Part shown: one piece after another, positions 1 through 9,947 of the stretch
How the letters are laid out: each line of letters opens with the position of its first letter
How positions within the stretch are numbered: the stretch's first letter is position 1
Origin: Halodesulfurarchaeum sp.
GTDB lineage: Archaea > Halobacteriota > Halobacteria > Halobacteriales > Halobacteriaceae
DNA: 64,000 nt
Assembly (NCBI GenBank): GCA_034520565.1
Contig: JAXHNL010000002.1
Span: forward strand, 1,216,001 to 1,280,000
Reading direction: 5' to 3'
Notes under the pieces: generated by a model
What the model was told of the DNA's origin: nothing
What the model saw: the letters and a program-made list of their open reading frames with translations, nothing else
Database searches by the model: none
Position numbers and translations under genes: made by a program

Positions 1-48
1 GACCGCTACGGGACAACGACTTAAGCCCGGCGAGACGATAGGGAATGC

Positions 49-1086
49 ATGACAGCCGGTCCGTTTACGTACAGCGGGGGGAAAGTCGATCCCGGCGAAT
101 CGGTCACCCTCCGATACCGGATCAGCGAAACCTACCTCGGCGACCCGATCCGGATCCCGGTTTCGATCGTCAACGGCAGCGAGCCCGGGCCGACCGTCTT
201 CATGACGGCGGCGACCCACGGGGACGAACTCAACGGGATCGAAGTGGTTCGGGAAGTCGCTCTCGACTGGGACCATTCGAACCTTCACGGGACGCTTATC
301 CTCCTGCCGGTCCTCAACGTGCCGGCATTTCTGGCCCAGCAGCGGTATTTGCCGATCTACGATCGAGACCTCAACCGCTCGTTTCCGGGCGACAGCGAGG
401 GAACGAGCGCGAAACGGATGGCGGAGACGATCTTCACGAACTTCATCGCGCCGGCCGATCTCGGCCTGGACTTTCACACCTCGACCCGTGGCCGGACGAA
501 CATGCTCCACGTTCGGGGCGACATGGCCGACGAGGAGGTGGCCAGGCTCGCGTACGCCTTTGGGTCACACGTCGTCATCGATTCTGCAGGGTCCGAGGGG
601 ACGCTCCGCCGCGAAGCGACCGAAATCGGCGCACCCACCATCACGATCGAGATGGGCGAAGCACACCGGTTCCAGCGGGGGCTCATCGACAGGGCCCTCG
701 ATGGCGTCGCGAGCGTCTTTGCGGAGTACGAGATCCATCCGAACGAGCCCGTCCAGTGGCCGGGGTGGCGGACTGTCATCGACACGGACGCAAAGACCTG
801 GATCCGAGCCGAGAGCGGGGGGCTGGTCGAGATGCACGCCGACCAAGGCGACATCGTCGGCGAAAGCGAACCGATCGCGACGATCTCGAACCCGTTCAAG
901 ACCGAACGGACGGTCGTCGAATCGCCCTGGACTGGCCTGCTCGTCGGGGTGCTCGAGAATCCGGTCGTGTACCCGGGTAACCCACTCTGTCATCTCGTCG
1001 AACTCGAAGAGAAAACGCTCGCCGTGGCCAGAGACGACGAGGTCGACCGGAATCCGACACGACCAGATCCAACGAGTTCCAGGTAA
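49..1086 (+). CDS. Succinylglutamate desuccinylase/aspartoacylase family (M14-like) protein
   Basis: HGDELNG, DLNRSFPG and DFHT motifs; C-terminal biotinyl-like domain. Confidence 0.85.
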   Translation: MTAGPFTYSGGKVDPGESVTLRYRISETYLGDPIRIPVSIVNGSEPGPTVFMTAATHGDELNGIEVVREVALDWDHSNLHGTLILLPVLNVPAFLAQQRYLPIYDRDLNRSFPGDSEGTSAKRMAETIFTNFIAPADLGLDFHTSTRGRTNMLHVRGDMADEEVARLAYAFGSHVVIDSAGSEGTLRREATEIGAPTITIEMGEAHRFQRGLIDRALDGVASVFAEYEIHPNEPVQWPGWRTVIDTDAKTWIRAESGGLVEMHADQGDIVGESEPIATISNPFKTERTVVESPWTGLLVGVLENPVVYPGNPLCHLVELEEKTLAVARDDEVDRNPTRPDPTSSR

Positions 1087-1143
1087 TGGCCGTACTCTGG
1101 GAGTTGTAGTAAGTTCTATGTGCGCTGGCCCGCCATACGGCGT

Positions 1144-1577
1144 ATGACCGAACCAACCAGCCGGGGTCTGGTCGAAGACTTCGGGCGGTGGCGAACGTTT
1201 TCGGCCGGGATGTGGGCCTGGGTCCTCCACAAGGTGACCGGTTGGGTGCTGGCCGGCTATCTCTTTGCCCATATCGCGGTCCTCAGCACGGCCATTCCGG
1301 CCTCGACGAATCCGGAAGCGGTCGCTGCGGGGGTCGATCTCGTACACGCGAACCATCCAGGGCCTCGAGAGCATCTTCCTCGTCCGGGTCCTCGAGGTCG
1401 GGCTGCTCGCGGCGGCGGTCTTTCACATGGCAAACGGGATCCGACTGCTTCCTGATCGACCTCGGAATCGGCCTGGAACGCCAGGCCGAGGGATTTTACG
1501 CATCGGTTATCGTGACCGCGATCGTTACGGTGTTGAGCATTTCCGTCTTTCTCCCGCCGGAGGTGTTCCCGTGGTGA
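1144..1577 (+). CDS. sdhC: Succinate dehydrogenase cytochrome b556 subunit (two apparent +1 frameshifts near 1342 and 1449)
   Basis: [10 protein letters not shown]...[10 protein letters not shown], then FHMANGIRL, then FLIDLGIG lie in three successive frames; first gene of the sdh operon. Confidence 0.8.
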
Positions 1578-1945
1578 CCACCGCGAAGCGCAGCCGGTTC
1601 GAGTCGGGCTCGATCGCCTGGTTCTTGCAGCGGTTGACGGCGGTCGTCCTCCTCTTCACGCTTGCCTTCCACTTCATCTGGCTGCACTACGTGAACCACG
1701 CCGCAGACGTGACCCTGTGGGGCTCGGCACTCCGGATGAATCAGCTCGTCTACTTCCTCGTGATGGTCGTTTTCCTGGTGACGGCCACCTTCCACGCCAT
1801 CAACGGCATCTATAACGCATTGCTCAACCGCGGGCTTTCGGGACGGGCTCGACAGATCGCCTTCTGGCTGTTTGCGATCTTCGGTCTCGTGGTGATCGTC
1901 CAGGGGATGCGCATCTCGTTCGCGCTGGCGGGGGTGGTCGCCTGA
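1574..1945 (+). CDS. sdhD: Succinate dehydrogenase membrane anchor subunit
   Basis: WFLQRLTA...FH and FHAINGI motifs; GTG start overlaps the sdhC stop. Confidence 0.85.
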   Translation: MTTAKRSRFESGSIAWFLQRLTAVVLLFTLAFHFIWLHYVNHAADVTLWGSALRMNQLVYFLVMVVFLVTATFHAINGIYNALLNRGLSGRARQIAFWLFAIFGLVVIVQGMRISFALAGVVA

Positions 1946-2769
1946 TGAGCGACTCCAGTGACGACCGCCGACACCCCCCTGACACGACGGGTCTCCGATC
2001 GAACGATCGCGGGGACGGCTCCAGTGGTGCAGCTACCGGGGCGGAGACTGTCACCCTGAAGATCTACAGGTACGACCCGGACGTCGAGGCGAAACAGGAA
2101 GCGAGTTTCGAGACGTTCGAGGTGCCGATTCACGAGGGAATGACCATCCTCGACGCGCTCATCGAGGCCCGGGACGAACACGACCCGTCGCTTACCTTCC
2201 GACACTCCTGTCGACAGGGGGTCTGTGGTTCCGACGCCCTGTTCGTCAACGGCAAACAGCGGCTCGGCTGCAAAACGCAATTGACGGATCTCAAACAGCC
2301 GATCCGGATCGAACCGCTCCCCCACCAACCGGTCGTCAAGGATCTGGTCGTCGACATGGACGCGTTCTACGAGCGGATGCACGCCGTCGAACCCTACTTC
2401 GACCCGGACGACCCGCCACCCGGGGACCTCGAGGAGCGGAAACAGAGCCCGAAGAACCGCGAGGAGATCAAGTTGAGCACCCGATGTATCTGGTGTGGGG
2501 CCTGCACCTCCTCGTGCACCATCGCGAGTGACGAGGAGGTGTACCTCGGACCGGCGGCGATCAACAAGGGCTATCGGTTCTACGCCGACGAGCGTGAAGG
2601 GGAAACTCGGAAGGCAGAACGGCTGGAAATCTTGAAGGAACACGACGGCGTCTGGCGATGTCAGACCCAGTTCTCCTGCACGACGGTCTGTCCCCAGGAG
2701 ATCCCGATCACCGAACACATTCAACAGCTCAAACGCGACGCGACCAAGGCGGACCTGAAATTCTGGTAA
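1945..2769 (+). CDS. sdhB: Succinate dehydrogenase iron-sulfur subunit
   Basis: SCRQGVCGSD, CIWCGACTSSC and CQTQFSCTTVCP Fe-S motifs. Confidence 0.95.
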   Translation: MSDSSDDRRHPPDTTGLRSNDRGDGSSGAATGAETVTLKIYRYDPDVEAKQEASFETFEVPIHEGMTILDALIEARDEHDPSLTFRHSCRQGVCGSDALFVNGKQRLGCKTQLTDLKQPIRIEPLPHQPVVKDLVVDMDAFYERMHAVEPYFDPDDPPPGDLEERKQSPKNREEIKLSTRCIWCGACTSSCTIASDEEVYLGPAAINKGYRFYADEREGETRKAERLEILKEHDGVWRCQTQFSCTTVCPQEIPITEHIQQLKRDATKADLKFW

Positions 2770-2771
2770 CC

Positions 2772-4604
2772 ATGTACGAACACGACGTACTCGTCATCGG
2801 TGGGGGCGGCGCGGGACTTAGAGCGGCGATCGCAGCCCACGAGGCCGGCGCGGACGTGGCAATCGTCTCGAAACTGCACCCGGTGCGGAGTCACACCGGT
2901 GCAGCCGAAGGGGGCGTCAACGCGGCCTTGCACGAGGACGACTCCTGGGCGGACCACGCCTACGACACCATGAAGGGGTCGGACTTCCTGGCAGACGCTC
3001 CGGCCGTCGACGCCTTCGCCCGGGAGATCAGGCAGGAAGTCATCCAGCTCGAACACTGGGGGATGCCCTTTTCCCGGAACGAGGATGGAACGGTTTCACA
3101 GCGGCCATTTGGTGGCCTGTCTTTCCCGCGAACCGCCTTCGCGGGCGCCGAGACTGGCCATCACATGTTGCACTCGATGTACGAACAGGTCGTCAAGCGG
3201 GGCATCGAGGTGTACGACGAATGGTACGTGACCCGGCTCGCGGTTACCGGACACGAAGCGGTGGCCGACCGGCGGTGTCACGGGTTCGTGGCATTCGACG
3301 TTGCGACAGGGGAGGTGACCGGATTCCGGGCCCGTGACGGGGTGGTTCTGGCCACCGGGGGCGCCGGGCAAGTGTTCGAACATACGACCAACGCGGTCGC
3401 GAACACCGGTGACGGCGTGGCGATGGCTTACCGTGCTGGCGTGCCGATCGAGGACATGGAGATGGTCCAGTTTCACCCGACGACGCTTCCGTCCACGGGC
3501 GTCCTCATCACGGAAGGGGTTCGCGGTGAGGGTGGACGACTGTTCAATGCGGCCGGAGAGCGATTCATGTTCGAGCGCGGCTACGCCGTCGAGGAGGGCG
3601 AACTCGCCTCCCGCGACGTGGTCTCTCGGGCAGAACTTACCGAGATCGCCGAGGGCCGCGGGGTTGACGACGACCACGTCCTTCTCGACATGCGCCATCT
3701 CGGGGAGGAGCGGATCATGGACCGCCTCGAGAACATCGTTCACCTCGCTCGGGACTTCGAGGGCGTCGACCCGCTGGAGAAGCCGATGCCGGTGAAACCT
3801 GGTGCTCACTATACGATGGGTGGCATCGAGACCAACGAATGGGGTGAGACGACCATCGACGGGCTCTATGCTGCCGGCGAGTGTGCCTGTGTGAGCATGC
3901 ACGGGGCCAACCGCCTGGGCGGGAATTCGCTGGCCGAAACTCTGGTCTTCGGTGCCCGTGCCGGTCGGGCCGCGTCGGGTGACGACATCGACAATCCGGA
4001 GATACCGGTTGGGCCGGATCCGTCGGCGGAGCGCGAAGATCGCGAGTGGCCCGTCGAACCGGGCGAACGTGGCACAGGCAGGGAGAACGATGTGGCAACC
4101 GATGGCCCCCTCGACGATCCCGTGGCGGTCATCGAGTCGACCGTGGAGGTCGAGAGGGGGCGCATCGATTCGTGGCTGGCAACCGAGGAGGGCGAGGGTC
4201 AGGCCGGGATCCGGTCTCGAGTCCAGCAGGCGATGGGCGAGCACGTCAACGTCTTTCGCGAACGATCGGGCATCGAAACCGCTTTGCAAGCGATCGAAGC
4301 GGCCAGGGAGGCGTTCCGGAACCTCCATGTCACGGACACCTCCCGGACGTTCAACACGGAACTCCAGCACGCCTTCGAAACGCGGAACGTGATCGACCTG
4401 GCCGAAGCTGTCGCGATGGGGGCCCTGGCCCGCGAGGAATCCAGGGGAGCCCACTGGCGCAAGGCCCATCAGGAACGCCGGGACGAGGAGTGGCGCAAGC
4501 ACACGATGCTTTCCTGGAACGACGGCGACCCGGAGCTGTGGTATCGACCGAACATCCTCGAAAGCGAAGTCCAGGATTACGATCCGACCGAACGCACCTA
4601 CTGA
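2772..4604 (+). CDS. sdhA: Succinate dehydrogenase flavoprotein subunit
   Basis: GGGGAG, RSHTGAAEGG, QFHPT, HGANRLGGNSL and ESRGAH motifs. Confidence 0.95.
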   Translation: MYEHDVLVIGGGGAGLRAAIAAHEAGADVAIVSKLHPVRSHTGAAEGGVNAALHEDDSWADHAYDTMKGSDFLADAPAVDAFAREIRQEVIQLEHWGMPFSRNEDGTVSQRPFGGLSFPRTAFAGAETGHHMLHSMYEQVVKRGIEVYDEWYVTRLAVTGHEAVADRRCHGFVAFDVATGEVTGFRARDGVVLATGGAGQVFEHTTNAVANTGDGVAMAYRAGVPIEDMEMVQFHPTTLPSTGVLITEGVRGEGGRLFNAAGERFMFERGYAVEEGELASRDVVSRAELTEIAEGRGVDDDHVLLDMRHLGEERIMDRLENIVHLARDFEGVDPLEKPMPVKPGAHYTMGGIETNEWGETTIDGLYAAGECACVSMHGANRLGGNSLAETLVFGARAGRAASGDDIDNPEIPVGPDPSAEREDREWPVEPGERGTGRENDVATDGPLDDPVAVIESTVEVERGRIDSWLATEEGEGQAGIRSRVQQAMGEHVNVFRERSGIETALQAIEAAREAFRNLHVTDTSRTFNTELQHAFETRNVIDLAEAVAMGALAREESRGAHWRKAHQERRDEEWRKHTMLSWNDGDPELWYRPNILESEVQDYDPTERTY

Positions 4605-4634
4605 CCGCGGGCGACGAACACGCCTCCCGCAGCC

Positions 4635-4832
4635 CTATCGCAAGCCGAAAACCGAAAGGAGGTCCACGGTGAAATCGCTTCCCTCCACGATCACGTATCC
4701 GAGATAGATCCCCGCGATCCCCAGGACGCCGGCCATGTTTGGGGGAGCGGGAATCGGCGCTTCCACGGCAGCGAAGATGCTTCCAGTGAACAAGCCGGTG
4801 AGCAGCGCGAATACCGGGATGGCGAGGTTCAT
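4635..4832 (-). CDS. XapX-domain small membrane protein (65 aa)
   Basis: PIPAPP-x-AGVLGIAGIYLG signature between two hydrophobic helices. Confidence 0.75.
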   Translation of the reverse strand: MNLAIPVFALLTGLFTGSIFAAVEAPIPAPPNMAGVLGIAGIYLGYVIVEGSDFTVDLLSVFGLR

Positions 4833-4903
4833 GTCACGAACCTGGCCGGCCCGGAAAAAAAGCCGTTCGGCTTCGGTCTCGGCGCGGTTTCGCCTCGGCG
4901 ATT

Positions 4904-6186
4904 TTACTCTCCGCGGACTGCCTGCATGTGCTTGATCCGTGCGTTCACCAACTCCGCCGTCCCGATATCGTGGCGGACGTGGAACCCCTCCCCCACGTCC
5001 GAGAGGGCCGCTTCGGCCCGCGATTCGGCGGCTTCGATCGACTCGCCGAGCCCGAGCACGGCGAACGAGCGGGAGGTCGTCGTGTACAGTCCGTCCGCTC
5101 GTTCGTCGACCGATGCGTAGAACAGCTCGGTATCCGGGGCCGCGTCGACGTCGACGGAGACTTTGGCACCCGCTTCCGGATTCACCGGGTACCCGGTCGG
5201 CACGGCGTACTTGCACACCGTCGCCTGCCCCGAAAACTCGAGGTCGGGAAGCGACTCGCCCTCGCGTGCGGCGATCAGGACGTCGCGGAAGTCGGTTTCG
5301 AGAACCGGGAGGGTGTTCATGGCCTCCGGGTCGCCGAACCGGACGTTGTACTCCACGACCTTCGGCCCGTCCGCAGTGAGCATGAACTGACCGTACAAAA
5401 TCCCACGGTAGTCCCCGAGGGCCGCGACGGTCTCCTCGAGGACGTCTACTGCCGCCTCGTACTCGGTTTCGGTCATAAATGGCAGTACGGGCCCCGTGTC
5501 GCTGTACGACCCCATCCCGCCGGTGTTGGGGCCCTCGTCGCCCTCGTAGGCCCGCTTGTGGTCCTGGACGGCGAGGGTGGGACGAACCTCGCCATTCGCG
5601 ACGAACGCTTGCACGGTAAACTCCTCGCCGAGCAACCGTTCCTCGATGACCCACTCCTCGTAGTCGCTCTCTCGGAGATACTCGACGGCCTCGCCTTTCG
5701 AGAGCTGGTCGCCGGTCACTCTGACGCCTTTTCCACCGGTAAGCCCCCGCGGTTTGACGGCGACGTCTCCGTCGACGGATTCGAGATACTCGATTGCGGG
5801 TTCGACCGTCTCGAAGGTCGCAAAGTCCGGCCGTGCGTCGATGTCGTGCTCGGCCATGAACTCCCGCTGGTAAGCTTTGTCCGTCTCGAGCCGGGCCTGT
5901 TCGGCTTTCGGGCCGAAGGCGAAGATGCCCGCCGCCTCGAGGGCGTTGACGACGCCGGCAGCGAGCGCGGCCTCGGGACCGATGACGGCGAGCGTGGCGT
6001 CGACCTCGGTCGCGAAATCGACGATCGCGTCGGTATCGGTTTCCGTCCCGGTTCGAAACTCGGTGGCGATCTCCGCGATCCCGGATTTCGGTTGCTGCTG
6101 AACGCGTACAGTTCGACGTCGGCAAGCGCCCGGGCGATCGCGTGTTCCCGGCCACCACCCCCCACGAGTACCACTCGCTCTTGCAT
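4904..6186 (-). CDS. purD: Phosphoribosylamine--glycine ligase (apparent 1-nt deletion near 6080)
   Basis: N-terminal VGGGGREHAIA...NPG in one frame; the rest (GPEAAL, GGKGV, GPNTGGMGSY, RFGDPE) in another; the break lies in a G run on the coding strand. Confidence 0.9.
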
Positions 6187-6285
6187 GTTCGGGAGTGGAA
6201 CCCACGCTCGTGTAAGTTTTACCGTGTGTCGAAACCCGAATATGCACGTTCGTGGGGATGTATTCCGGCCGATGTCCGCTGTCGT

Positions 6286-6741
6286 CTACCCGGCACCGAA
6301 TTCGGACTGTGTCACCCGGACGACGACGGTGTTCGAGACGTCCGCGAGGTCGTACTCGGGAATCGAGCCCTTTCGACGGGTCACGTACATCGGTTCGAGC
6401 AAGGTTCCGTCGTCCTCGCCGTAGACTTTGAGGTACTCCCCCGTCTCCTCGGGTTCCACGTTCCCGTTCCGGACGGCCGTCGCGAGGTCCCGGGAGAGCC
6501 ATTCGGTCGGACTGATCGATGGGTCCCTGAGGAAGACCTCCTCGGTGGTGCGGGCGAGATACCATGAGAGGTCGTTGAGAAAGGAGATGGCCGCCCCGAG
6601 GCTCACCGTTTCGATCGCGATGGTGTTCTCGAAGGGTTCACGCCGGTCGTACGGTGCCAGGGCGGATCTGGCGGTTTCGTAGGCCAGGAGTGCCTCCCGG
6701 ACGTCGCGGTCGGGTTTGCCCCGGAGACAGACCGCTGTCAT
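6286..6741 (-). CDS. Conserved haloarchaeal hypothetical protein (DUF5804-like)
   Basis: Acidic 151-aa ORF from MTAVCLRG; start overlaps the thiI stop. Confidence 0.65.
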   Translation of the reverse strand: MTAVCLRGKPDRDVREALLAYETARSALAPYDRREPFENTIAIETVSLGAAISFLNDLSWYLARTTEEVFLRDPSISPTEWLSRDLATAVRNGNVEPEETGEYLKVYGEDDGTLLEPMYVTRRKGSIPEYDLADVSNTVVVRVTQSEFGAG

Positions 6742-7934
6742 TGGCCCTTCGAGTCCAGTATCGGCCCGACGGGTATTAATTCCACCTCGGCTGCGGCCTC
6801 GATTGCCCAGTCTTCGAGGGAATCCGGCTCCGCAGCTTCGACACGCTCGAGGGGCGCAGCGGTTTCCGGGTTGTCGGGGGCGATCCGATTGCAGCCCGCA
6901 TCGATGGTTGCAGTGTCGTAGGTCCCGATTTCCCTGGCACGAGCGATGATCTCCTGTTTGTCGAAGGAGAGGAGGGGCCGATGGACCGGTAACGCTGTCA
7001 CCCGGTCGGTCACGGCGAGGTTCGTCGCCGTCTGGCTCGACTTCTGCCCCATCGATTCGCCGGTGACGATTCCCTGGGCCCCGGCGTTTTCGGCGACACT
7101 TTCGGCGACCTGGAGCATGAGTCGCCGGACCGAGAGCATCCGAGTCCCCTCGACTCGCGAATCGAGCGCCTCGAGCGCCGACCCGATCGAGGCCACCCGA
7201 ACCGTCCACTCTTGATCGGGCGCGTATGCCGCGAGCTGTCGGACCGTCTCGATCGCCCGGGAGCGATGGTCGGCTCCACCGTACTCGCCCAGATCGAGGT
7301 AGAGCGGGACGATCGGTGCACCCCGTTTCATCGCGAGCCAGGCGGCGACGGGCGAGTCGATGCCGCCACTGATCAGGGCGAGAAGGGGCTCTTGCGTTCC
7401 TACCGGCAGGCCCCCGGGCCCCTCGAGCCGTTCGCGGGACACGAAGGCCTCCTTTTCACGGACTTCGACCTCGAAGCGGTGATCCGGGTCGTCCAGATCT
7501 ACTTCCGGCTCGAATTCGTCCTCGACTGCCGTCCAGATCGCCGCTCCCCCCTCCCTTCCGACGTCTTGACTGGTGAATTCGTGGTCGCCGGCGCGTCTCG
7601 CGTCGACGGCGAAACTGCCGCCGTCGTAGGTCTGTCGGGCCACGGCTGCCAGCCCCTCCGAGATGGACTCCATGGACGGGTCGACGGACCGTGTTGGACT
7701 CGCGGAGACGACACCGAACACGTCGGCGGCTGCCAGTGCTGCCTTCTCTGGGGCTCGCGTCCGGACGAACAGCCGACCTCGCTCCTGTTCGACGCGGCCG
7801 TCGATTTCCCGTGCCGAGAGCATCGCCTCGAGATTCGCCGCGAGGGTTCCCTCCATCCATGACTGGACCCGACTGGATTTGACCCCGATGTCCCCGTGGC
7901 GAACCACGACGACGTCCGCTCCCGGCACGTTCAT
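6738..7934 (-). CDS. thiI: tRNA 4-thiouridine synthase (THUMP + PP-loop)
   Basis: GPGGLPVG, LISGGIDSPVA and TGESMGQKSSQT motifs. Confidence 0.92.
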   Translation of the reverse strand: MNVPGADVVVVRHGDIGVKSSRVQSWMEGTLAANLEAMLSAREIDGRVEQERGRLFVRTRAPEKAALAAADVFGVVSASPTRSVDPSMESISEGLAAVARQTYDGGSFAVDARRAGDHEFTSQDVGREGGAAIWTAVEDEFEPEVDLDDPDHRFEVEVREKEAFVSRERLEGPGGLPVGTQEPLLALISGGIDSPVAAWLAMKRGAPIVPLYLDLGEYGGADHRSRAIETVRQLAAYAPDQEWTVRVASIGSALEALDSRVEGTRMLSVRRLMLQVAESVAENAGAQGIVTGESMGQKSSQTATNLAVTDRVTALPVHRPLLSFDKQEIIARAREIGTYDTATIDAGCNRIAPDNPETAAPLERVEAAEPDSLEDWAIEAAAEVELIPVGPILDSKGQ

Positions 7935-7996
7935 ACGGAAAGAAGGATTCGGTCGCCTAAGCGCTCTTCGGGACACGACCGGAGTCCGAGTCGCCC

Positions 7997-9202
7997 TCAG
8001 AAGGTGGTGAGTTCGCCCCGGATGACCGCCTGGGTCAGGTCCTCGACGCTTGCCAGTTGCTCGTCGACGATGGCACGGATTTCGGGCTCGACGTCGCTCA
8101 GGTCGACGTCCGATTCGGTCACGACGTGCAGGTCGGCCACGTGGGGATCGTCGATCGGGCTCCCGATCTGACTCAGCAATCGGACTCTGAGATCCCGGAT
8201 CCCCGACACTTCACTGACGACCTCGGCGGCGATCTCGGTCGAGAGGAGGTTGTAGATCTTCCCGATGTGGTTGACGGGGTTCTTGCCGCTCGTTGCCTCC
8301 ATCGACATCGAGCGGTTGGGCGTGATCAGGCCGTTCGCCCGGTTCCCCCGACCGACTGACCCGTCGTCGCCCTGCTCGGCACTGGTCCCCGTCGTCGTGA
8401 GGTAGATCGCGCCCCGGCTCGGTTCGTCGGCCGTGTTGACGTGGACCCGGACGTCCCGGTTCGTGTAGTCCGTTGCCAGATCGCTCACGAAGGTTCGGAT
8501 CGCTTCGATTTCTGCCTCGTAGGTCTCCATATTCGGGACGTACTGGTCCACCATCGCTGCGGCCACCGTGAGATCGATCGTCGACCCCTCGCGTTTGCCC
8601 ATCACCTTGATGTCCTGGCCGAGTGCCGGGTGGTCCTCGTGGAACTCCTCGAGCAATCGACGCTCGGTGTTGTAGACCAGCTGCTCGGTCTCGGAGAGCG
8701 GGGCGTGCCCGACGCCGAAGCTCGTGTCGTTGGCCATCGGCACGGTGCTTCCGTTCTCGGCGAAGACTTCTTGAAGGTCCCCGGAGCCCTCGCCGAGGCG
8801 GACGTCGACGATCGCGTCGGATTCGAGATCGAGGTTGGGAATGTTCTCGTTTAGATAGTCGCGGGCGGCCCGGAGGGCGATGGAGTCGACCGGAATCGCC
8901 TGTCCCTGGTAGTACTTGGTCGCCCGGCCCACGATGAGAATGTAGATGGGTTCGACGACCTCCCCGCCGCCGAATGCCGGGGCGGCGTCGCCGGCGACCA
9001 GTTGGGTCTCGTCGGTATTGTAGTGGAGGACTTTCCCGAAGCGGTCGACGTATTCCTGGGCCAGGGCCCGCGAGACGGCCTCGGCGATCCCGTCACAGAT
9101 CGAGTCGGGATGGCCGATCCCCTTTCGCTCGACGATCTCGATCTCCTGGTCCTCGACCGCCCCCCGGTCGAGTGACTGGACGCGAATGTTCCGATCGGTC
9201 AT
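7997..9202 (-). CDS. mat: Archaeal methionine adenosyltransferase
   Basis: [21 protein letters not shown] and [13 protein letters not shown] motifs. Confidence 0.95.
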   Translation of the reverse strand: MTDRNIRVQSLDRGAVEDQEIEIVERKGIGHPDSICDGIAEAVSRALAQEYVDRFGKVLHYNTDETQLVAGDAAPAFGGGEVVEPIYILIVGRATKYYQGQAIPVDSIALRAARDYLNENIPNLDLESDAIVDVRLGEGSGDLQEVFAENGSTVPMANDTSFGVGHAPLSETEQLVYNTERRLLEEFHEDHPALGQDIKVMGKREGSTIDLTVAAAMVDQYVPNMETYEAEIEAIRTFVSDLATDYTNRDVRVHVNTADEPSRGAIYLTTTGTSAEQGDDGSVGRGNRANGLITPNRSMSMEATSGKNPVNHIGKIYNLLSTEIAAEVVSEVSGIRDLRVRLLSQIGSPIDDPHVADLHVVTESDVDLSDVEPEIRAIVDEQLASVEDLTQAVIRGELTTF

Positions 9203-9229
9203 TGCCGAACGTACCCCACGGTCGCTTCT

Positions 9230-9248
9230 ATAACTTGCGAAAAGTTAT
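9230..9248. promoter_or_regulatory. Inverted repeat ATAACTT-N5-AAGTTAT over the putative mat promoter
   Basis: Perfect 7-bp AT-rich inverted repeat 28-46 bp upstream of the mat start. Confidence 0.4.
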
Positions 9249-9284
9249 TCCCCCGGTCTCATGCCTGTCACGCATCACGACGGT

Positions 9285-9834
9285 TCACCGCTCGGTCGAC
9301 TGGGAAGCGAGCAGTTCGAGGTACGACGTCGAAATTTGGGTCTCGGGATCGAGGCCGAGCCCCTCCAGCACGTTCGCTACCGTTTTTTGGGCCTGTTCGA
9401 CGGTCTCATCGGTTGCCGTCGTCTCGACCTCGACGAACTCGCCGAGTCCCTCGACCCGGTCCAGCACGACCGTGACTCCGTCGAGATCGTATCGGGTTCG
9501 GGTTTTCTCGACGGTTGCGGCCGGTTCGAACCCGAGGACAGCGAGAACCCGTTCCAGCTCCGCCGGTGTGTCGACCGCGGTCTCGGTGTTCTCTGCGGGT
9601 CTTCGATTCCCGGTTCAGGCGGGGACCCTTGTACGTGAGGACCGCCGTCGTCCCCTCGTCGTCGGTTTCTTCTCGCAGCCGCAGGGCCTCGTCTCGGGCG
9701 GCGAAGTCCCGGTGTGGCGCGTCGAAATAGACGTCGCGCTGGTCAACGGTTCCGAGCGGGGTCGCTCCTGTGGCTTCGAGTTCCGGTTGGACCTCCTCGT
9801 GGGTTGCCCGGACCTTCAACTCGACTTCGTACAT
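9285..9834 (-). CDS. cyaB: Class IV adenylate cyclase / CYTH protein (apparent +1 frameshift near 9585)
   Basis: YEVELK (ExExK), DVYF, LRLR and TYKGP; V-EKTR and DRVEGLGEFVEVE follow in the next frame. Confidence 0.85.
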
Positions 9835-9947
9835 ACCACCTGGGTGTGGGCCTACAGGGAAAAGTGTCGGTTTCGCTCGCGGGTGAAAATCGGGGCCTCG
9901 TCCCGTGACCGATTCGGCTGCAAAGAAGCTGGCAGCCGACGAGACCC

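Noticed and set aside
1144-1945. sdhC-sdhD fusion or programmed frameshifting
   Set aside because: No slippery sequence was seen; single-base consensus errors, as in other genes here, explain it better.
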